Virus record (IMG/VR): IMGVR_UViG_3300037234_000386
Coordinates: 1-64,000 of that record
Strand: one strand, 5' to 3'
Origin: a virus
DNA length: 64,000 bases
Both the position numbers and the translations under genes were made by a program. Under the pieces are notes generated by a model. It was not told the DNA's origin. It made no database searches and was given only the letters and a program-made list of their open reading frames with translations. Shown piece after piece: positions 55,275 through 64,000 of the stretch (position 1 is its first letter; every line of letters begins with the position of its first letter).

Positions 55275-55985
55275 ATGGCATACTTAACGCTTTTTAAACA
55301 ATGGGAACTGGTAGAATACATCGCCAACAAAGATTATCAGGGTAATGTAATTGAACCGGATAGATTTGCTCAGTTGGTAAAAGTTGTTAATATGGACTTG
55401 TTTAAAGTAAAAATGGGTCTTCCAGAAGATTTTAAGATAGGAATGCCATTATCAAGACAATATTTGGATGCCAATCAGACTTTTACAGACGAAACAAAAT
55501 TCCTTAAAGAAAGAGTTCCTGCACAAGTTGTTACCACGGGAGTAATTGCGTATCCTTCCGATTATTTTAGGTTTGATGCAATGACATACGGTTATCAAAG
55601 AAATATTGACGGAACTCCAACAGTTATTCCAAAGATAGTAAACATGCTAACCGTAGCAGATTACTCGGATAGGGCAGGTAATTACACAAAACAACCAACA
55701 ATAAAGAATCCAGTATGTGTTACTAGAAACGATGGTATCTATGTTTATCCAATAACAATAGTAGCCGTAGATTTTAATTACATAAAATATCCAGTAGAAC
55801 CTGTTTTCGCATACAATCAAGAAGCGGGATACATAACAGAAGATGCTGGGGGTTCAACTCAATATGAATGGCCCGAAATATTACTGATGGATTTGACACG
55901 AAGAATACTGTCATACATAGGTATTAACCTGAGAGAGAAGGAGCTACAGCAATATGCAGAAGTTCATAAAGCAATGGGAGACTAA
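55275..55985 (+). CDS. tail ring/head-tail adaptor protein
   Basis: IANK.YQG...P..F, YP.DY, IYVYP, NYIKYP..P, ILSYIGINL; crAss-like ring protein pattern. Confidence 0.7.
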   Translation: MAYLTLFKQWELVEYIANKDYQGNVIEPDRFAQLVKVVNMDLFKVKMGLPEDFKIGMPLSRQYLDANQTFTDETKFLKERVPAQVVTTGVIAYPSDYFRFDAMTYGYQRNIDGTPTVIPKIVNMLTVADYSDRAGNYTKQPTIKNPVCVTRNDGIYVYPITIVAVDFNYIKYPVEPVFAYNQEAGYITEDAGGSTQYEWPEILLMDLTRRILSYIGINLREKELQQYAEVHKAMGD

Positions 55986-56000
55986 TTAATATACATTATC

Positions 56001-56108
56001 ATGAAAAAAGGTGGAGCAAAAAAGACGGTTAAAAAGACCACAAGTAGCAATGGTAAGAAGACAGTAACGAAAACGACTTCTAGAGCGAAGCCAATACGTA
56101 GGTACTAA
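56001..56108 (+). CDS. 35 aa Lys/Thr-rich micro-ORF
   Basis: MKKGGAKKTVKKTTSSNGKKTVTKTTSRAKPIRRY; TAATG coupling. Confidence 0.5.
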   Translation: MKKGGAKKTVKKTTSSNGKKTVTKTTSRAKPIRRY

Positions 56109-56749
56109 TGAGGAAAATTGAGCTACAGGAACTTGTATTAGATTATTTATCGGGAGGTGATGCGCCTTCCGATGTAAGAGGTAAATATCACTCTGAGATT
56201 ATTAACAATCATGTTAATTTAGCTTACAACGGTGTTGTTTTCAAGATATACATGGAGGGCAAATCTTATAGTGACTATAGTATGCTCGATGCATGGGCTA
56301 GAAACTACACGATCACTATTACAGATATAGATGAACCCAAAGGAAACGTATTATTACCCTATCCACCAGTACAATTGCCTAATAACATGGGAATATTACA
56401 ATTAACTCCTTCAGATGATTTAGTGAATGCTTTTGCTTATAGAGAAACGAATGCCAACGCTGTGTTTGCAGCATTAGAAGTCGCTGCAGTAAGCACAAGG
56501 CCTACGTTTTACATGGAGCAGAACACAGGATCGGGAGTAAACACCCATGTATTAAAGTTAGACAAGATACCAAGTGGATGCACAGAAGTCTTTTTAAAAC
56601 TAATTGTCCCATTGGAACAGGTTGATGATTATGACACCATTGCAATACCAGCAGGGAATGAAGAAAAAATAATAGGGTTTGTAATAGACCTATTAAGAGG
56701 CAAGCGAGATCAAGACACTGTTAACGATGGAATAGCTAATCAGAAATAA
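56108..56749 (+). CDS. tail ring protein
   Basis: Synteny; C-terminal D.VNDG. Confidence 0.6.
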   Translation: MRKIELQELVLDYLSGGDAPSDVRGKYHSEIINNHVNLAYNGVVFKIYMEGKSYSDYSMLDAWARNYTITITDIDEPKGNVLLPYPPVQLPNNMGILQLTPSDDLVNAFAYRETNANAVFAALEVAAVSTRPTFYMEQNTGSGVNTHVLKLDKIPSGCTEVFLKLIVPLEQVDDYDTIAIPAGNEEKIIGFVIDLLRGKRDQDTVNDGIANQK

Positions 56750-56759
56750 AAATTGAATT

Positions 56760-57518
56760 ATGTCTTTGACGAATCCGAAATCAGCAGGAACTACTACAAT
56801 AAATTATGTTGTAATGAGTATTTTAAACAGGCTCAAACAGTATTCTATGCGTAATTATTCTTACTTAGAGCAGATTCTAATTGAAGGTTACACAGATTTG
56901 AACATGTGGCATTTGAATAATATTGAGGTTGTTTATTTACGAATGTCAGAAGCTAAGACGGTGACGTTGCCATGCGATTTTATTGACTACTGCAAGATTG
57001 GAATCCCAATAAACGGTAAGATCAGAGTACTTACTAATGATGAAAATATATTATTTCCAAGAAAATTTGCCGATGGAGAAGATGTTGGAAACGTAGGGGA
57101 TAATGTGAATTCAAATTTATATTTCACTAATCATTATTGTGGCAGCAACTATGTAAATAGTCTATATGGTCTATCAGGAGGTGTTGATGGTGCCAAATAT
57201 AGGGTTGATAAAGAAAAAAGGACAATAATATTTTCTGGTTCCGTTCCAAGAGCAGAAATTGTTTTAGAATACATTTCATCTGGAGTAAGTTTACAGGGAA
57301 CAACAGTTATTCCAAGAGAAGCGGTTTCCACACTAAGAGCTTATTTATTGTGGCAAATCATTGAGAACGATAGGAAGGTATCCATGAATGAAAAGGAGCG
57401 AAAAAAAGCACAATACGAAGAAGAGGTTGCTGCAATGAGGTTCTTCCAACTTGCACCAACAGCAGACGAATACAGACGAAATCTTTATAAGAGTATTAAA
57501 CAGTCTATTAAAAGATAA
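56760..57518 (+). CDS. tail tubular/ring protein
   Basis: LPCDFIDYCKI, IVLEYIS.G, IP...AL.AY. Confidence 0.7.
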   Translation: MSLTNPKSAGTTTINYVVMSILNRLKQYSMRNYSYLEQILIEGYTDLNMWHLNNIEVVYLRMSEAKTVTLPCDFIDYCKIGIPINGKIRVLTNDENILFPRKFADGEDVGNVGDNVNSNLYFTNHYCGSNYVNSLYGLSGGVDGAKYRVDKEKRTIIFSGSVPRAEIVLEYISSGVSLQGTTVIPREAVSTLRAYLLWQIIENDRKVSMNEKERKKAQYEEEVAAMRFFQLAPTADEYRRNLYKSIKQSIKR

Positions 57519-60500
57519 TGCAGAATAAAGACAACATATTGCCAGTAGGAGGGATGAATGCAGATGATGATCCTAGATTCTTTGAGAAAGGGGATTATCT
57601 TGAAGCTGGAAATATTCAGATTGGTTCAAATCAAGACCAGGGGGACTTTGGATTGGTTCAAACACTAAGATCAACCAAGGATACTTCATTTCCTAGTCTT
57701 TCTACAGAAAATTGGACTTATGCTGTAGAAGAATTAGGTAAGGCTGTAGATAAAAAAAATAATAAGGTATATGTGTTATCCTACATAAAAGATATTTATA
57801 ATTTTGACGAACAAGGAGTTGAGCCTGATTTATTTGTTATATACAAACACGATTTAGTAACAGGTGTAATCAGCGTAATATTCCAACAACGAGCTAGCGC
57901 GTGGAATCTTAGTAAATGGGATTCATCTATGACTAAATTTTACAATCCGGTTATCGTCGATAATAATTTGATTTGGACTGATAATGTCAATGACATTAGA
58001 ATGATAGATGTTAATAGGATGGAAGTTAGCTACGGTACAGGTATAACTACAGCTGTATTTTGGGATGGTAACGTTGCTTATATCAATGGCTATAATCAAG
58101 GAGACTATATATATTATCAAGAAAAAGTTTATCTTGTATTACAAAATACATCGGGAGTAGATATTGTTCCAATAGAAGATCCTGCTTATTATGAATATAA
58201 GTGTTTAATTTTAGACTGTTATTTAGACGTAAGCGATCCAAATAATTTTGTATTAGCAGCACTTCCTCCATTAATAGCAGCAACGCCTATTTATGGAACA
58301 GATCCTTTTAGGGCAATTAATCAACTTAGAGGTAGAGTTTTCCAGTTTTCCTACAGATACATTTATATTGATTGGAGGAAAAGCACATTTGCACCTCCTA
58401 GTATAATTGCGCCACCTAATAACGAAGAAAACACATCTGGAGTACCAGATCCTAACACTGCTTTAAACAACCTCATAAACATAACAATTAACACAGGTAA
58501 CGAAGAGGTAAGGGCTATTGAAATAATAGTTAGAGATTCTGATGATATATCCGTGTGGTATCAGATAAATAAAATAAATTTATTTAATGAAAATGGGTGG
58601 AGATTATATTCTGCTCATAATAATATTACGTTTCCTTTTTATAATGATTTTTCTAAAATAGCAATTGACAGAACACTTGTCTACACTTTATTTTCATATG
58701 TGCCAATAAAAGCAAAGCACATGGAACTAATAGAGGGAAATAGGCTTGTTTTTGGCAATATTACAGAGGGTTATGGTAATATTTATAACAACGTAACATT
58801 AAGCTTATCTTGGGTTGATTTGGGATTTATTGGTGTTTCTAAAACAAATTTCCTTTTTGAATTTGAAAGAGAACCAAGCCAAACAATGCCGGCAGGATGG
58901 GAAGATTGGCAAATAAGAATAACAATACCTACATTCACGCCACAAACGAACGGGTCTTTTGTTTTAAGATTTAAGCTATCAACAGATAACGATTGGAGGC
59001 AGATTTCGCACGACTACATTGTAGGAGATGCCTATCCGTCTTCTGTAAAGTCAGCTTTAGTTACTTTATTTATTGCAGAATGGGGTGTTGATAATACAGA
59101 CGTTTGTTACCGACCAACAGATTATTCATCATGTGTATTCCCCAGAACAAGATATCGACTTAACGCATATAGTGTTTATGCAGATATGGAGTGGGATGGC
59201 TATTTCATTACAAGTGGAGCTGATACTGTTGAAAAATATCCAGTGCTTAAAGTAGGGTCAAACCATAGTTGGGGCATCGTATATCGGGATAAGGTTGGAA
59301 GAATATCACCAATTGTCGGCGGTGGTGAAATTGTAAAATACATTCCTTTTTATACGGAAGATAATGCTATTGAATCAAGCTTCCTGCCAGTAATAGATAT
59401 CAATATAAACCACACTCCTCCATCATGGTCAGAGAGTTATGAAATAGTTTATGCTGGAAACAAATCAATTTCATGGTTCTTATCATTATTTGGTTATGAA
59501 ATGACATATGGAAAAATAGACCATGACGATCCAGATGATGAAGGTAGCGAAGGATCTCAGTCTTATCGAATAAAAATAGCAGAGTCACAGCAAAATGCTC
59601 GTAATTTTTGGGACAATTGGTCTGTAGAGGAATACGTTTGGGAAAAAGGAGATCGTATTAGAATCATAGGAAGATACTCTTCCAATAATTTAATAGAATT
59701 AGAAGGTGGAATTTGGGACACCGAAATAGCTGGTGTTTACACTGATACTGATTGGGAAAATTGGGATAGTGAAACCGAAGAAATTCTTCAAACATGGGTA
59801 TATTTTAAAACATCTTCAGCTATTGATTTATCTTCATATATTTCGGCAAAAGAAAGTATATATTTTGAAATTTATAGGCCAGCAAAAGAACTATCTACCG
59901 AATTATTTTTTACAACAGGAATGACTTTTGAGATAGAAACAGATCTGTATGGGAATAAGTATCATAAGGGAAACACTAATCAAGTGTTAAATACATCGGG
60001 GAGTTCAATTTCTCCAGCTATAGTTAGAAACACAGCACATGATGCGTGGAAATACATAAGAAATTTTAGGAATGATGAAGGTGCTGAGTCTGTTGCTTTT
60101 TGGGCAGAAAGCCAATATGCAAGCGACTGGTATATAACACAGAAATTAACTTCATCAGGAACCCCTATTCCAGATTTAGACAGCTTACAGCAAAATATAT
60201 TGACTAAAAGATACAGGCATGGAGGACAAGTAAGTATTGGCTCTCAAACAAATAACATTGCTAAGTTTGACTTTGATGATTTTGATGATCTAAAAGATGA
60301 ACATGGAGATATTGAAGGATTAAGGATGATTGGATTTGTTTTAAAAACAATACAGCAATCAAAAGTTTCCAGTGTATTTATAAATAGACAAGAATCATAT
60401 AATGCAGCGGGGGATTCAGACTATCAACTTATAAACAAAGTATTCGGTAGTGTTCGTCCAAGTTTAGAAAATTGGGGAACAGATCATCCAGACAGTGTTG

Positions 60501-61270
60501 AGGTCAACGATAGACATTTATATTTTTGGGATCAATCAGAAGGTATTGTAGTAAGAGATGCACCGAATGGAGCTATTGCCATTAGCAATAAGAAAATGAA
60601 GCGTTATTTCACAGATTTAGCGAAAACGTTAGATTCAGAAGATACCGAAAACCAAAGAGTTGTTTTTTCGTATTCAAAAGAAACGGATGAGTTGTTTTGT
60701 TTGTTTGGAAACAGCGATGCTTCAAAACAAATAATAACATTTTCGGAAAAGAACACCAGATGGAGAAGAACAATAGACTTAGCCTTTCAGCTTGGAGTAT
60801 TTTATTGGATAGGGAAGCGTTTATTTCATGCGAACAACAATAAATTATCTGAATGGTGGAGAGGCACTGATTATCAAAAAATAGGTGGAACAGAGAGAGA
60901 GGGAGTCTTAACTCTTTATAGCAACACTGATCCAGCAAAAGTAAAAACATTTGATTCAATAATTGTTTATCAAACAGGAGCAAGACCAAAATTTACATCT
61001 ATTGAAATACCAGAAAAGGCATCGGCAGTATCTTCATTAATGAAAACGTATATTTACGATGTTAATATTAAAGAAAAAGAAGGTGTGTTTTATTGTCAAA
61101 TTCTTAGAGATATAAATGATCCTAGACCATTGACTGATAACCAGAAACTAATGAACGGTAGAAGGTTAAGAGGTTTATATGCAAAAGTATCATTAAAATT
61201 CACAGGAACGGATAAAATCACCTTATCAAATATAATAGTGTTATCAACACCTAGCGAAAGAAGTCAATAA
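57518..61270 (+). CDS. tail muzzle/stabilisation protein (P22 gp10-like position)
   Basis: GGMNADDD...GDYLEA.NI N-terminus, LIWTDN, FQFSYRY, KEG.FY, GRRLRG C-terminus. Confidence 0.8.
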   Translation: MQNKDNILPVGGMNADDDPRFFEKGDYLEAGNIQIGSNQDQGDFGLVQTLRSTKDTSFPSLSTENWTYAVEELGKAVDKKNNKVYVLSYIKDIYNFDEQGVEPDLFVIYKHDLVTGVISVIFQQRASAWNLSKWDSSMTKFYNPVIVDNNLIWTDNVNDIRMIDVNRMEVSYGTGITTAVFWDGNVAYINGYNQGDYIYYQEKVYLVLQNTSGVDIVPIEDPAYYEYKCLILDCYLDVSDPNNFVLAALPPLIAATPIYGTDPFRAINQLRGRVFQFSYRYIYIDWRKSTFAPPSIIAPPNNEENTSGVPDPNTALNNLINITINTGNEEVRAIEIIVRDSDDISVWYQINKINLFNENGWRLYSAHNNITFPFYNDFSKIAIDRTLVYTLFSYVPIKAKHMELIEGNRLVFGNITEGYGNIYNNVTLSLSWVDLGFIGVSKTNFLFEFEREPSQTMPAGWEDWQIRITIPTFTPQTNGSFVLRFKLSTDNDWRQISHDYIVGDAYPSSVKSALVTLFIAEWGVDNTDVCYRPTDYSSCVFPRTRYRLNAYSVYADMEWDGYFITSGADTVEKYPVLKVGSNHSWGIVYRDKVGRISPIVGGGEIVKYIPFYTEDNAIESSFLPVIDININHTPPSWSESYEIVYAGNKSISWFLSLFGYEMTYGKIDHDDPDDEGSEGSQSYRIKIAESQQNARNFWDNWSVEEYVWEKGDRIRIIGRYSSNNLIELEGGIWDTEIAGVYTDTDWENWDSETEEILQTWVYFKTSSAIDLSSYISAKESIYFEIYRPAKELSTELFFTTGMTFEIETDLYGNKYHKGNTNQVLNTSGSSISPAIVRNTAHDAWKYIRNFRNDEGAESVAFWAESQYASDWYITQKLTSSGTPIPDLDSLQQNILTKRYRHGGQVSIGSQTNNIAKFDFDDFDDLKDEHGDIEGLRMIGFVLKTIQQSKVSSVFINRQESYNAAGDSDYQLINKVFGSVRPSLENWGTDHPDSVEVNDRHLYFWDQSEGIVVRDAPNGAIAISNKKMKRYFTDLAKTLDSEDTENQRVVFSYSKETDELFCLFGNSDASKQIITFSEKNTRWRRTIDLAFQLGVFYWIGKRLFHANNNKLSEWWRGTDYQKIGGTEREGVLTLYSNTDPAKVKTFDSIIVYQTGARPKFTSIEIPEKASAVSSLMKTYIYDVNIKEKEGVFYCQILRDINDPRPLTDNQKLMNGRRLRGLYAKVSLKFTGTDKITLSNIIVLSTPSERSQ

Positions 61271-61285
61271 TTTAAAATATATATT

Positions 61286-61984
61286 ATGAGTTTTTGGGCA
61301 AGTTTATTATCTTCTGATGAAGAAGAGGGCAGCAGTAAAAGTGGAGATAGTGGAGATAGTGGTAGCTGGTGGAGTAGTAGCGACACTTCTGACAGCGGTT
61401 CTATTGGTAGTGCTTTAGAAGCAGCAGACCTTGCTGGAAACTTAATTGGTGGAATTCAAGGAGCCAAAATGGGTAGAGAACAGGAGCAAAGGGGAAAGGA
61501 TTTGAGAGCAGAAGCAGCTGCATTATCAGCACAATACGAAAGACCTGAATTCAATACTCCAGAAGCTATTAACCTTATGATGCAAGGTATTCAAGGTAGA
61601 CAATACCAAAACATGCCTGGATATAACATTGCACAAGGTCAATTAGGACAATCGACAGCACAAGGAGCAACTGCTATTGGTGAAATGGGAGCTGGTGCTG
61701 AGAGTATTGGAGCAATGGCTAATCTATATTCTAATCAAATGGGAGCGCAGAGTAATTTAGCAATGCAAAACGCTCAATATAGAGATAAGGGGCAAATGGA
61801 ATATTTGGGTGCTTTAGAAGGACAGGCAGAATGGCAACAAAAAGAGTGGGAATGGAACGAAGCAGATCCTTATATTCAAGCACAACAAAAAGCAGCCCAA
61901 TTAGATATGATGGGAAGACAGATGGAATGGGGAGGTGTTGATACGAGAATGGGATCTTGGCAAGAGGCTTTGAGTGGAGTATAG
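61286..61984 (+). CDS. putative ejection/cargo protein
   Basis: G/A/Q-rich; follows muzzle gene. Confidence 0.6.
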   Translation: MSFWASLLSSDEEEGSSKSGDSGDSGSWWSSSDTSDSGSIGSALEAADLAGNLIGGIQGAKMGREQEQRGKDLRAEAAALSAQYERPEFNTPEAINLMMQGIQGRQYQNMPGYNIAQGQLGQSTAQGATAIGEMGAGAESIGAMANLYSNQMGAQSNLAMQNAQYRDKGQMEYLGALEGQAEWQQKEWEWNEADPYIQAQQKAAQLDMMGRQMEWGGVDTRMGSWQEALSGV

Positions 61985-62016
61985 TAAAATTTTAAATAAG
62001 AATAATACAGACAACC

Positions 62017-63576
62017 ATGGCAACAAAAGGAACAGATCCGATGGGTATAGGTGTACCGACTAGTTATACACCTGTTCATAATCCTATGGAAACAATTAGG
62101 AGATCATGGGAAACGACTAGGCAAAATAGGTTAATTAAGCAAGAGAATAAGCGACAGGACTATAAGGAAAAGCGAGAGGCGTTGCCTACTTTTGAAGCTG
62201 TCAACCAGAAGGTTGGTGGTGTTTTAAATGAAATGACCGAAGATTTAAGAAATTATTATCTAGAAGAATCTAAGAAAGGTGATTTTGAAGCATTTACTGA
62301 TAATCTAACGAAAAAAGGCAGAGCTGTCCAAGCTAGGATGAATGAGAAAGAAAGACAAATAATTGAGCATGGAAAAGCTTATAGTGCTATGGTTCCGAAA
62401 TACAAAGCAGCTTATGACTTCACAACCAATCCTAAGAATTACGAAAACATAGATTGGGAAACTACTCAAGAAAGAATGAACTCGTTTGAAACGGGGGATT
62501 TACAAAGCATGACAAATGCTGTTTCTGAAGGATTAGTGGAAATGAAAGCTACTCCTGTAGATATTCAAAAATGGAAGAGAGACAATATTGAAATGTATAT
62601 TCCGGAAGAGACTGTTGAAATTTCTAGCGAAAAAATAGATGAGACAACAGGTAAAATTAGAATTGAAGATATTAAATATAAAGATCCGAAAGAAGCTGCT
62701 AGACAGATGAGATTAATGTATAATGATGCTCCTGAAAAGATTCAAAAGTATCTTCAAAAAGAATATGAAGCTGCACCAGAGGCAGAAAAAACAACTAAAG
62801 ATGGTCTTGTAATAGGTGTTGATGATTGGTTCGTATCAAAACACATGCCTTCATATGGAAAACAGATTGGAGTAAAATATTACGCAGGAAAACCAACAGG
62901 AAGAGGAGGATTCTCTTTGAACTTTCCGGGAAGAAACGACAAAGGAGTTTATGATTTTAAGGAGTCTGCTCAAACAAAAGTATTAGGAACACCGGCTTAT
63001 ACGTCAGATGGAGAAACGCCAACAGCAAATTATACATCGGCAGCAACTATTAATTTACAAGGAGCATATAAAAAACCTATTATAATGGGTGATTCACCAG
63101 GTAACGTAGATACTCAAACAGGTGAAAGAGCTAAGGCAGGAGCAGCAGCATCGAATGTTCCAGTAGATGTTTCGTTCCATCCTGTAGCAACATCCGAAAT
63201 AACGGTGTCAATGCCAAATGGAAAAGAAGCTACCTTTGCTGCAGGAGAACGCATACCAGATGATGCTATTGCTAAAATGACACCAGAAGACAGGGCAAAA
63301 ACCCAATACGGTGCATTCTTAACATCACTCACAGGATATAAAAAAGCAACGGAATCTTGGGAAAAGGGAGTAGCAGGGATAGATTATGATCCTGCATCGT
63401 ATAGCCAAACAACAATAAGACCATGGAATGAGTCTAAAGGAGCTTTAAAATCGGTATCTGATTCAGATGGCAATTTCAAGTTTGATGAATTGAATACTAA
63501 TGTTAACGAAATGCTAAAACAGCTTAATGCTAACACGGCAGACGATACAGATGAGTTATTTGAAGATCTTTTTTAA
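62017..63576 (+). CDS. putative ejection/cargo protein
   Basis: Synteny, charged helical N-terminus. Confidence 0.55.
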   Translation: MATKGTDPMGIGVPTSYTPVHNPMETIRRSWETTRQNRLIKQENKRQDYKEKREALPTFEAVNQKVGGVLNEMTEDLRNYYLEESKKGDFEAFTDNLTKKGRAVQARMNEKERQIIEHGKAYSAMVPKYKAAYDFTTNPKNYENIDWETTQERMNSFETGDLQSMTNAVSEGLVEMKATPVDIQKWKRDNIEMYIPEETVEISSEKIDETTGKIRIEDIKYKDPKEAARQMRLMYNDAPEKIQKYLQKEYEAAPEAEKTTKDGLVIGVDDWFVSKHMPSYGKQIGVKYYAGKPTGRGGFSLNFPGRNDKGVYDFKESAQTKVLGTPAYTSDGETPTANYTSAATINLQGAYKKPIIMGDSPGNVDTQTGERAKAGAAASNVPVDVSFHPVATSEITVSMPNGKEATFAAGERIPDDAIAKMTPEDRAKTQYGAFLTSLTGYKKATESWEKGVAGIDYDPASYSQTTIRPWNESKGALKSVSDSDGNFKFDELNTNVNEMLKQLNANTADDTDELFEDLF

Positions 63577-63589
63577 AAAAAGCAATCGC

Positions 63590-64000
63590 ATGAGTACAGG
63601 AAAAGAAAATAACAGTAAGAAAATCGCAGATGTATCTACAAAAGAGGCATTTAAAAACCTTAGCGACAAATTTATTAGTAGTCCTCGTTTTCAGGAACTA
63701 GATGAAAAAAAGAAAGTAGAATCTTTAAATAAATTTTACGATAAGTTTGGTGACGATTATGTAACCCAACAGGGAGTAAAAGATCCTATCAAAAAGCAGA
63801 ACCTAAGAGACAAGTGGATAACAACCAATACTCCTGCACCTTCAAAAAAAAAAGATTTGGCTATGCCAGATTTTGGAAAAGCTTTTTTACAAGAACCTGT
63901 CCACACTGCGGATGCGACACGCGTAGCACCAACAAAAGACATTGATATTGAAAGAAAGTTAACGAGCACCTTTACAAATCCAACAAAAGATCCTAAAATA
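63590..64000 (+). CDS. 5' part of a large putative cargo protein (truncated by window)
   Basis: ATG 63590, frame open to the window end (MSTGKENNSKK...). Confidence 0.6.
   Translation, partial: MSTGKENNSKKIADVSTKEAFKNLSDKFISSPRFQELDEKKKVESLNKFYDKFGDDYVTQQGVKDPIKKQNLRDKWITTNTPAPSKKKDLAMPDFGKAFLQEPVHTADATRVAPTKDIDIERKLTSTFTNPTKDPKI

Noticed and set aside
33127-63969. Numerous short minus-strand ORFs in the structural region
   Set aside because: They are antisense shadows of long, well-supported plus-strand genes.
1-64000. Stop-codon reassignment as in some crAss-like phages
   Set aside because: Long structural genes are uninterrupted in the standard code, and TAG and TGA both terminate genes at sensible positions.

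Overview
This is an AT-rich dsDNA phage genome segment with a probable Bacteroidota host (TTTG-N20-TAnn(T/A)TTG promoters, DUF3127-type SSB, FISUMP domain). It reads in the standard genetic code. Left part (1-31 kb): small accessory ORFs, a T7gp4/Twinkle-type primase-helicase, a YqaJ/RecT/RusA recombination module, a degenerate PolX, HNH endonucleases, divergent small-gene operons and a ~1.7 kb non-coding strand-switch region. Right part (32-64 kb): a crAss-like podovirus morphogenesis block (accessory structural genes, GroES-like, terminase, portal, scaffold, major capsid, fibre, ring, muzzle and cargo proteins). The main discovery is a phage-borne integron-like gene-cassette array at 4308-9603 abutting a tyrosine recombinase (9632-10465) that lacks the IntI-specific insertion. 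It has 11 cassettes delimited by attC-like hairpins (AAC/AAT-G ... TWT(G)A-N6-GTT) and an attI-like site next to the recombinase. The hairpins appear to fold on the coding strand, opposite to classical integrons. Several genes sit inside or read through the hairpins, and four genes or modules are wrapped in a second, nested inverted-repeat/G-rich signature. All product calls come from motif recognition by eye, without database searches.
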